DNA from: Octopus bimaculoides
Lineage: Eukaryota
Direction: 5' to 3'
Length of the DNA: 42,011 nt
Assembly: GCF_001194135.2 (NCBI RefSeq)
Contig: NC_068986.1
Coordinates: 13,740,604-13,782,614, forward strand
Part shown: positions 33,781 to 42,011 of the stretch, in pieces
How the letters are laid out: every line of letters starts with the position of its first letter
How positions within the stretch are numbered: the stretch's first letter is position 1
The notes under the pieces: generated by a model
The model's input: only the letters and a program-made list of their open reading frames with translations
Told to the model about the DNA's origin: nothing
The model's database searches: none
Made by a program: the position numbers and the translations under genes

Positions 33781-34766
33781 ATATTTGTGTATAATATTAG
33801 CAATAGCTAATGCTAACGCAGCTATAAAACCTGTTAGTTTTATTGGAAATGTTACGTAGTTCCCCATAATTTTCTTTTAACAAAACGAAATGTGCCAATA
33901 ACAGCCAGCAATTTTCAACAATAAGTTTAATTCGATATGGCTGTAACTAGCTCTTCAAGTGGGAATAATATGTTTATATTCTGATTATGGTTATTTCAAC
34001 TTAAATCTTCACAAATATTTTCTCGTCAACTCTCTTCTCTTTGCACTTTGCTTGTTATGCAAAACAAAAGAAAATTCTCTGCCCTCCATTTTTTTCCGTA
34101 ATTTTCAAACTTTGCTAAATAATCTTTCCAGTAAAATTCCCGTGTGTCTTCAAAAGGAAATTTCTTTTTAACAATTAGGATATTTTACGACCGAATTTTC
34201 TTTTCAGTAAAAGTGAATTTGGTAGAGTGAAGTCTTCCTCAAAGACGCTTTTTCTTCTGAAGAAATCTGTTTAATGCGTTATAAACAAACAAAAATAATA
34301 ATAATTTCGCTGAGTTGCGTGATATACTAAAACAATTCTTAATACCACCCACCCTGTATTCGGTGGAGTAATGAGGAAGACGAACAAAAATACTCAGTTG
34401 GGCTAATCTCTTGTTACAGACAAGTAAAAACCTCCTTTGTATAAAATTAAACTTAGTACTAATAATCACACGCTATATTTAAATTTCATCAAAGCTCCTA
34501 CCACTATTTTCAACGGAAATATATACCCATCTGTTTATTGTGGTGATCAAGGCAACTATAAGTTGAAGTTTCGCTTATCACCATGTGCAGTCTGATCTTT
34601 GCAATAAATTTTACTCTACTCTCAGTATAGAGCCCCGCCATAAGTAAATGCTCAGAAACACTTCAGTCACCTCTTAAACATGTTAAAAATTCCACGCTGT
34701 GGACACTGCCAAATTGAATGGTACTACACAAGTGACGAAACCATGGTGATATCTGTTTGGGCTGCC

Positions 34767-34832
34767 GAATACACAATTGAATACACAATTGTTATGCTTG
34801 ATAGCATAATACACAATTGTTATGCTTGATAG
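34767..34832. repeat. Nested tandem duplications (12 bp and 25 bp)
   Basis: GAATACACAATT x2 (34767-34790), and AATACACAATTGTTATGCTTGATAG at 34780-34804 and 34808-34832. Confidence 0.9.
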
Positions 34833-35262
34833 TGAATTTCTTATATTTTAGCCTCGTTATTCAGGATTGTCCTTTATTGTTGTAAAGTGAAAGGTATTTG
34901 TGAATTCATAGTCTTTGGCGATCACTAACATTGATATTGTGTTGTTTTCTTCATAGGTAACCCAATTAAGCTTGGATATTGCTTAAATATTGGTGTCTAG
35001 TTTTGGGTGGTTCTATGGCATAGATTCAGCAGTCAAATATGAATTTTGGGAAATTTATGCAAATCTTCAACTGGATATGCCGCCAACTTTTTATTGCTTA
35101 TTATTGCTGCAGTCAGAAACACTGGGAAATAGTAACGCTCTTAGGCCGGACGAGATCCGGAAGGTGTGTGGTTATCTTTGCAACTAATCACTTCCTAACA
35201 AGGGCGCCGAATCAGGAGTATATTTCCCAATATTTGATTGTTGCAAAAACAAAGGAGATATA

Positions 35263-36546
35263 AGAGGGAGGGCCGAAAATTTCATAGGTTGACTATTCAT
35301 AGGTTGGCTAGAGCTGTGAAATCTTGTATGCGCTCATTTCTGTTCTTCTCATTAATAACTGCATTGTTTCTTTCCAGGTAAACTAATATCTGACTATTCG
35401 AAGAAGATTACAAAAATAAATAGTAGCGACTTCTCTTGAAAACTGACAAAATTTAGTACCGTGATGTTTTCAAATACCTGTAGAAAAACGGCTTTGGTCC
35501 CCAAGGACATTCATGCTGACGTAGTTGCTACACATGCTCCAGCTTTATTAACACTGCAAAAGTGGACAGCTGAATTTAGACGAGGAAGAAAGAATCTTGC
35601 AGGTGACCCAAGGTCTGAACATTCTGCAACTGCCACCACCAAGGAAAACATTGATCTTGTACACCATATGGTAATGGATGACAGGAGACTGACTATAAAT
35701 CAAATAGCCAGTGCTATTAGCATATCCCACCATGAGAGAGTTGAGGATATTCTGCACAATGAAAGTGGAATGACAAACGTTTCTGCTCGGTGGGTGTCAC
35801 GTCTTCCGACACCTGATCAAAAGCGCTCCAGGTTCACCACATCACAAGAAAATCTGACATTGTTTGAAGCAGATCCAACTGATTTCTTTGAACGTTTCCT
35901 AAGGAAAGATAAGTGTTGGTTTCATCAATTTGAGCCAGAGACAAAGAGACAACCCATGCAGAGGAAACACGCCTCCTCACTTGCTCCAAAGAAGGCCAAG
36001 TTCGTTTCATCTGCAGGGAAGGTGATGGCCTCAGTTTATTGAGATGCAAAAGACGTTGTGTTTATTGACTATCTTCAAAAAAGTCATACTATTAATGAAA
36101 AGTACTATGCCAACTTGCTGAGATAATTACGAAAGGCTATCGAGATCAAACGCCCAGGAAGACTGACAAATGGCGTCTTGTTTCATCAGGACAATGCTCC
36201 AGTACACACGTCTTTGATTTCAATGGCTGTTGTGCGTGACTGGCTTTGAACTGTTGATCATCCTCCCTATTCTGATTTGACCCTCATCTAAGTGTCATCT
36301 GTTCCCTAACATGCGAAAAGCACTTACCTAGGAACCAGCATCGTAGTGACGATGACGTCATATCTGCTGTTGCTGACTTTTTTGTCCAACAGGTGGAAAA
36401 TTCTTCGCCAATGGGATCCAAGCACTGCAACACCGATGGAAGACATGTGTGGAATGAAAGGGGGACTATATTGAAAAGTAAACTTCATTAGGTCACATTC
36501 CATGAGAGTATTTTGGTCAGCCTATGAACTTTTCAGCCGACCCTCA
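35263..36546 (+). mobile_element. Full-length decayed mariner (DD34D) element, 1284 bp
   Basis: TA-AGAGGGAGGGCCGAAAATTTCATAGGTTGAC versus the right-end reverse complement TA-TGAGGGTCGGCTGAAAAGTTCATAGGCTGAC. TA TSDs at 35261-62 and 36547-48. Confidence 0.93.
35442..36480 (+). pseudogene. Mariner transposase pseudogene
   Basis: Translates as KWTAEFRRGR..DPRSE..DDRRLTINQIA..SARWVSRL (WVPRxL)..DKCWFHQFEPETKRQ..SAGKVMASVY*D..LFHQDNAPVH..HPPYS, with stops and frameshifts. Confidence 0.92.
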
Positions 36547-37229
36547 TATGTATGTTCTAACAATAAAGTTATAGCATACCAGTCCACTACTGGGAAGGTC
36601 CTGTCTAACTTTATGTTCAAACGTCTGCTCCAGGTAATATTAGAAAATATCAGAGCAGAGTTACGGTGTTGTTTCCACTGAGACAGAAACACAGCCGACA
36701 TTTTCTTCTTTGTAAGATTGCTTTAGGAAAAACGCAACGAGTGACGTGTTTGCGCGAGATTCTGTTTTGAATTGGATAAAACTTATGCAGAAACTTTTCT
36801 AATGTTGCAACAAAACTGTCTGTGAAGTCTCCGAAGAAGTAAGCACTTGTAAAAGTTTGTGCTGCGAAATTCTGAAATAAAAACTTAAACTGCATCGTGT
36901 TGCCATAATATATGTGAAGCGTTTGTTGAGAGACGCAACGAAAGAGAAAGAAACCATAATCATTCAGAAGTTGTTTAATTGTTCGAACTTTCTGAATCTG
37001 TCATAACAAGTAAAGAAACGTCACCTGCTTTCGCTGTGACGACGCAGTCTCAGGCAGGCAGACAAACAGACACAGATACACGCACGCACGCACGCACGCG
37101 CGCACATACATACACATATACGCGCACAAGCACGCACGCACGCACGCACGCACCATTTCAACTCCCTCAGCCTTGTACCCGGCTCCACCTCTAGGATGTG
37201 ACAGGGAGAGGAAGAAAGGGTTGTGTAGG

Positions 37230-37335
37230 TTGGAGTAAAGCGAAACGAAGCACTTTCCCGAAGGAGGCAATGCGCCACCATGTCCAGGAATTGAAACCAC
37301 GATATTATGATTGTGAGACAAACTGCGATTCACTT
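37230..37335 (-). mobile_element. Decayed SINE head (family C-like)
   Basis: The reverse complement contains CTCACAATCATAATATCGTGGTTTCAATTCCTGGAC, a B-box-like segment. Confidence 0.5.
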
Positions 37336-37382
37336 GTGCGCGAGCCTTCACACACACACACATACACACACATACAGACATG

Positions 37383-37479
<97 letters not shown>

Positions 37480-37675
37480 AAACACACACATGAAATGCTT
37501 ATAGTAATCTTCGTTTCTACATGCTACGCTTTCCCCATTTCCGCCGTTTATGAGGCAAAGTTGTAACGCTTCTCGAGCATAGAAGCCACCGCTTATAGGC
37601 ATCACCTGAAATTAATTGTCGGAGCTCGTTCTGATGGCTTTTGATATGATTGAGTTCTTGCATCACAGTCTAGGC

Positions 37676-38028
37676 CAGGGGTTCGCAACCACTTTTTATA
37701 CTCATGGACCCTTTGGTTACTATTTTGTTCTGGTGGACCCCCATAGCCATTCCATGTTTGAAAACTAGTTTTATAGAAACGTCTTTCAACATTCTTATTT
37801 TGTTCCCCCCCTCCATTAACTTGTGTAGGTTGAACTATGTAAAACGCCAGAGAAAGAAACCAAGCTGTTTCTTGTAGTACATACCAATACAAACAACTAA
37901 AACAAGATTTTCTCAGGGGCCCTTAAAATTTTATTGTGGATCCCCAATTTATTATTTCCTTGCATGGACCCCCAAAATTCTTATATGGATCATCAGGGCT
38001 TATTATGGACGCCAGTTGAAAACCACTG
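37676..38028. mobile_element. hAT (Charlie-type) MITE, 353 bp, 8-bp TSD GTCTAGGC
   Basis: TIRs CAGGGGTTCGCAACC / AGTTGAAAACCACTG. Perfect TSD at 37668-37675 and 38029-38036 with the TCTAG target core. Subterminal TGGACCC motifs. Confidence 0.92.
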
Positions 38029-38599
38029 GTCTAGGCCGAAGAGATCCTGAGATCCCGGATGCTTCCGCACTTGTTGACTGCATTCAAATATACATGAGCA
38101 AAATTTCGTTCACTAATTTATGTATAACGTCCTCTATATACAATGCTCAAACCGATATAAACTTAGTTATTTTTCGTGATACTCTGCGTATAATTTAATG
38201 TAAGAAATCTATAAAAAATATGCGATCGATATATTTTTATGCAGTTTTATATAGTTTGTATTTTCTTTTGTACTGGCCGTTGTATTTCATAGCTTTTTCC
38301 TTTGAACTATGTTGTGATTTCTATCTACTAATGCATACTTAAAACCTGATTGATTCAACAAATTTTTGTGTTAAGTAAACTTTGCTTTGTGAATAATAAT
38401 AAGAATGGGTTTGTGCTGCGAAGTTTACGGACGGAGGTCACAAAGACGCTATGTTTGTTATGAGGTAATAGTTTCACTGGGAGTCATGTAGTTAGTGAGT
38501 AGTGGTGTTGATTCAAAAATGTGGGACACAGTCAAAGTATTGAGGTAGGAGGGATGTCGTGAGACATATCATCAGTTTCTAGACATTACCGTCTTAAAT

Positions 38600-38870
38600 C
38601 CTAGGCTTCACAAGACCAGCTACTCGGTTTCAAGGGCGTATAATTGACCATGATCACAATATTCCAACTACGCCTGAATGGGACGCCGATTTGTTGCAGG
38701 GTTATTCATTTACGGCAATGGGGACTAGAGCGACGTCAAATAAAGTTTACAGCTTATGAACAACTTCGTTTATTGAATGAAGTACTCAAGAAATAAATGA
38801 ACACTTCTTTCCCTGTCTGGGAATCGAAACCACAATCTTGCGATCACGAGAGCATCACACTGTACATCAA
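38600..38870 (-). mobile_element. Decayed tRNA-derived SINE
   Basis: The reverse complement has CGTGATCGCAAGATTGTGGTTTCGATTCCCAGAC, similar to 9965-10000 and 10555-10600. Confidence 0.5.
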
Positions 38871-38966
38871 GACAATGTGAAACGCAACGGTGATGATATC
38901 CCACATTTGTTGTGATTTAGTATTAAAATCAACATGAAAAGGTACAATCCCGCCGTGATTATAACA

Positions 38967-39190
38967 TTAATCCTTTAGCATTAAAGTCAGCCAAATCGGG
39001 TCAGATCCGGCCAAAATATTCCACTTGTGTTATGCTCAAACTGACCAGATCTGACCTCTTACACCGACCCTCTTACAATCTCAAATTTAACAGTTACCTC
39101 ATCAAAATCTTAGAGCTACAAAAATTATGCAAGATTAGTTGAAATCAATGCGAATAAATAAGCATTAATTTGAAATTCTAAAAGGGTAAT
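38967..39190. mobile_element. piggyBac-type MITE, decayed
   Basis: TTAA-TCCTTTAGCATT at the left end and AATTCTAAAAGGG-TAA at the right end, matching the TTAA-CCCT..AGGG-TTAA pattern. Confidence 0.5.
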
Positions 39191-39620
39191 GCTGGGATGG
39201 TGGACAATGTATGATAACACAACACAAACATTGTATCTCACGGTACACGTAAGTTGGGATGTGAGATAGTAACCGTAGATGTCTCTGAAGTGACATAATG
39301 GACACTTTGAGAAATAATTGCTGTTATGAGATATAACTGATATTATTCGGTATAAGGTTCTGTTGTGTCAATGACCGTAATGAAGCCCAATTTGTTGTGA
39401 TACAAAATAAGGGTTCAGACGAACCGCAATAGCTGTGATGTTAAAACACTTGGATTCCTGTTCACATTTTCAGAAGTTCGTCTATTCCCCACGCCCCACA
39501 CCTCCAATAACAATCTGAAACACCTGACGAAAATTGCTCTATTTTGCTTTATGGTTGAATGGTGAACAAATAGAAGCGGATCACACCATAAAAAAAGCTA
39601 GCGTCCAACTATATATATAA

Positions 39621-39625
<5 letters not shown>

Positions 39626-39715
<90 letters not shown>
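39626..39715. repeat. (CA)n microsatellite (tail of the adjacent minus-strand element)
   Basis: Direct inspection. Confidence 0.95.
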
Positions 39716-39718
<3 letters not shown>

Positions 39719-39822
39719 CGGAATAAGCACATAAAATGTGCAACAAGGTGGAAAAAAGAGTACTCAAATACCAGAGGTAGAGTAATATGCTTTATTTAAA
39801 AGCAGCAGAAATATAACAAAAG

Positions 39823-39862
39823 ACTGTTACTCTGAGTTTCACGTTCCCGTTCATCGGACAGT
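39823..39862 (-). ncRNA. Minimal type I hammerhead ribozyme motif
   Basis: Reverse complement ACUGU-CCGAUGA-ACG/GGAA/CGU-GAAA-CUC/A/GAG-UA-ACAGU. Confidence 0.72.
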
Positions 39863-40141
39863 TTTGTTAGAAATGGAAAGGAATAAAAATGCAATCAAAA
39901 GTAATATAAAATTTGAAACACATAAATCTGTTTGATTGGTCGTTTCAAATAACGGTCATGGATGCATAATGAACAAAACAAATGAATTTAATATAGATTC
40001 ATCCTATTTTAAAAAAAATATCGAATATTGTTCATTATGCACCCATGACCGTTATTTGAAACGACCAATGAAACAGATCTATGTGTTTCAAATTTTATAT
40101 TACTTTTGATTGCATTGTTATTCCTTTCCATTTCTAACAAA

Positions 40142-40181
40142 ACTGTCCGATGAACGGGAACGTGAAACTCAGAGTAACAGT
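40142..40181 (+). ncRNA. Minimal type I hammerhead ribozyme motif
   Basis: Stem I ACUGU(40142-46)/ACAGU(40177-81); core CCGAUGA(40147-53, U4C variant); stem II ACG-GGAA-CGU; GAAA(40164-67); stem III CUC-A-GAG; GUA cleavage triplet ending at 40176. Confidence 0.72.
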
Positions 40182-40227
40182 CTTTTGTTATATTTCTGCT
40201 GCTTTTAAATAAAGTATATATATATAC

Positions 40228-40530
40228 ATATGTACATATATAAGTAGCTTTCTTACCAACCACATAGTTCCGGGTTCATTCCCACTGCCTGGCACCTTGG
40301 ACAAGTGTCTTCTACTATCGCCTCGAGCCGACCAAAGCCTTGTGAGTGGATTTGGTAGACGGAAACTGAAAGAAGCCCGCCGTATATATATTTATATATC
40401 GATAGCATAAGTACTAGGCTTACAAAGAATAAATCCTGGGGGCGATTTGCTCCACTAAAGGCCGTGTTTCAGCATGACCGCAGTCAAATGACTGAAACTA
40501 ATAAAATAATAAGAGAATAAAAGAATATAT
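40228..40530 (+). mobile_element. SINE family A, 5' truncated and internally deleted
   Basis: Head/CORE at 40228-40380, then (TA)n joined directly to GATAGCATAAGTACTAGGC, then the tail. Confidence 0.88.
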
Positions 40531-41931
40531 ATACATACATACATACATACATACAAAAATATTCTGGTGTTGATGTTGAAATTCCAATGAAGAAGCCTTG
40601 AATCTAGGTTAGAAACCGGCTCTTTCTCTATCGGCAAGAAATTTTGAAATAAAACTGAGCAATAACATACATACATAATATTATAACAAAAACCACAAAA
40701 AACCTTGTGAAATGCAGTTACCCAGATCTTCCTGGCCAAAATACTTATTCATTTCGATATTGATTAAGCTGTTAAAAACAACAAGACGGTTTTGTATCTG
40801 TGTTCTGTGCAATCGATTAAGAGCGTTAAGAAAAAGACAGAGAAACACAGGGGAGGTAATTAACTTCACAGTGAATATAACCAGTGCCTTCCGAATATCA
40901 GAGTTACATAAACCATCACTAGAAAGGTCTATGATGTGTCCGGTATTTTATTCCAAATTCCCGCTAAGATATACCTTCTAGAAACGCATATATATANNNN
41001 NNNNNNNNNNNNNNNNNNNNNNNNNNNNNNNNNNNNNNNNNNNNNNNNNNNNNNNNNNNNNNNNNNNNNNNNNNNNNNNNNNNNNNNNNNNNNNNNNNNN
41101 NNNNNNNNNNNNNNNNNNNNNNNNNNNNNNNNNNNNNNNNNNNNNNNNNNNNNNNNNNNNNTATATATATATATATATTATTGCTATATAAATTTAGGGT
41201 AAAATAACCCCCTTTTACCCGCACCCACTTTTTACACTTGGTATAACACTAGTGTAACACTAATTGGGTACCCTCCCAGCCGTATATTGGATAGTGGGTT
41301 GAATCTTCAACCCCTAACTCTCTTGCATTATATATATATATATACATAAGTACACACACACACACACACACACGGACGAATCCATGCAAGCAAATTGAAA
41401 TGTATGTAAAAGAGAAAAAGGGACAGATATGAGGTTATTTTCAGACGTTAGTACTGTATCTGTTATAATAAGTCTGGAGATATGAGAGGAAATTGTGTTG
41501 TTAGTTCTTAATGCCAGTATGAATTCAACTCTACAGTTGCGTTAAAGCGATTTGAAATGCAGAAATTTATTGAATATTTTTCAAAATCTCACCAGAATTT
41601 TGCTAGTATTACGTAATTTCATTAAACATGCCGCACATTTACAAACCAGAAAAAGGACGGCGTGAGAAGAGAAGCAATTTCCATAAAGTCAATATATATA
41701 TATACAATGAAACGTCTGAATCTTAATTATAGAGTGCATGCTTTGAGGCAAACGATAATTTCAATGCTATTTCTAAGTGTGAATATTCATGACTTTGTTA
41801 TCATCAGTTTTAACATGTGCGATCTTCATGAAGAGCTTTCAAAATCTAAAGACGTTTTTGATAGCAAGTGGTGGTACTGGAGCTGGCGCAGGCGCAAATG
41901 CTGGTGCTGCAGATTGTAATTATTGTTGCTG

Positions 41932-41934
<3 letters not shown>

Positions 41935-41970
<36 letters not shown>
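41935..41970. repeat. (TAT)n microsatellite
   Basis: Direct inspection. Confidence 0.95.
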
Positions 41971-42011
41971 GTGATCATAATATAACGGCAGACATATACA
42001 AGCATGTATAT

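Larger units (their letters stand above)
39716..40214. mobile_element. PLE-type pseudo-LTR pair in head-to-head inverted arrangement (arms 39790-39976 and 40028-40214)
   Basis: 187-bp arms with 4 mismatches and a 51-bp spacer. Each arm holds a hammerhead motif. The minus copy continues through AATAAAG into a (TG)n tail. Confidence 0.75.

Noticed and set aside
36650-36895. 81-aa minus ORF with an upstream TTTTATTTCAG acceptor
   Set aside because: No recognisable motif or donor site. The length is within chance expectation.
1665-40530. CRISPR-like recurring repeats
   Set aside because: The repeats are dispersed, hundreds of bp long and in both orientations, with no repeat-spacer periodicity or cas genes. 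The context is eukaryotic.
40712-40981. 89-aa ORF resembling a GPCR loop
   Set aside because: No transmembrane pattern or family motif, and no splice support.

Overview
Eukaryotic, AT-rich, repeat-saturated non-coding DNA with roughly 5 kb of assembly gaps (N). The SINE families, the (TA)/(CA)/(GA)/(TATG) microsatellite load and the scaffold style point to a coleoid cephalopod, probably Octopus. This is inferred from recalled repeat families, not from a database search. No intact protein-coding gene, rRNA, tRNA gene or CRISPR array is supported, and the long ORFs in the track come from gaps and microsatellites. The window contains: at least three tRNA-derived SINE families; LINE relics (RTE, CR1-like, an R4/Dong-like RT motif); Penelope-like element (PLE) relics; two full-length but decayed Tc1/mariner elements with TIRs and TA TSDs; further mariner scraps; a hAT MITE with a perfect 8-bp TSD; and a piggyBac-type MITE. 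The best leads are: (1) a 187-bp, 98%-identical inverted repeat at 39790-40214 in which each arm carries a minimal type I hammerhead ribozyme motif, giving a PLE pseudo-LTR foldback; (2) a 52-bp-stem foldback at 10443-10557 fused by microhomology to an inverted templated copy of a SINE about 0.8 kb away; (3) an RTE LINE with a codon-precise 5' inversion; (4) a CR1-like LINE whose 3' tail matches the tail of the CORE-type SINE; (5) a decayed transposon segment duplicated at 98% identity 19.6 kb away. A few weak candidate exons are flagged at low confidence.
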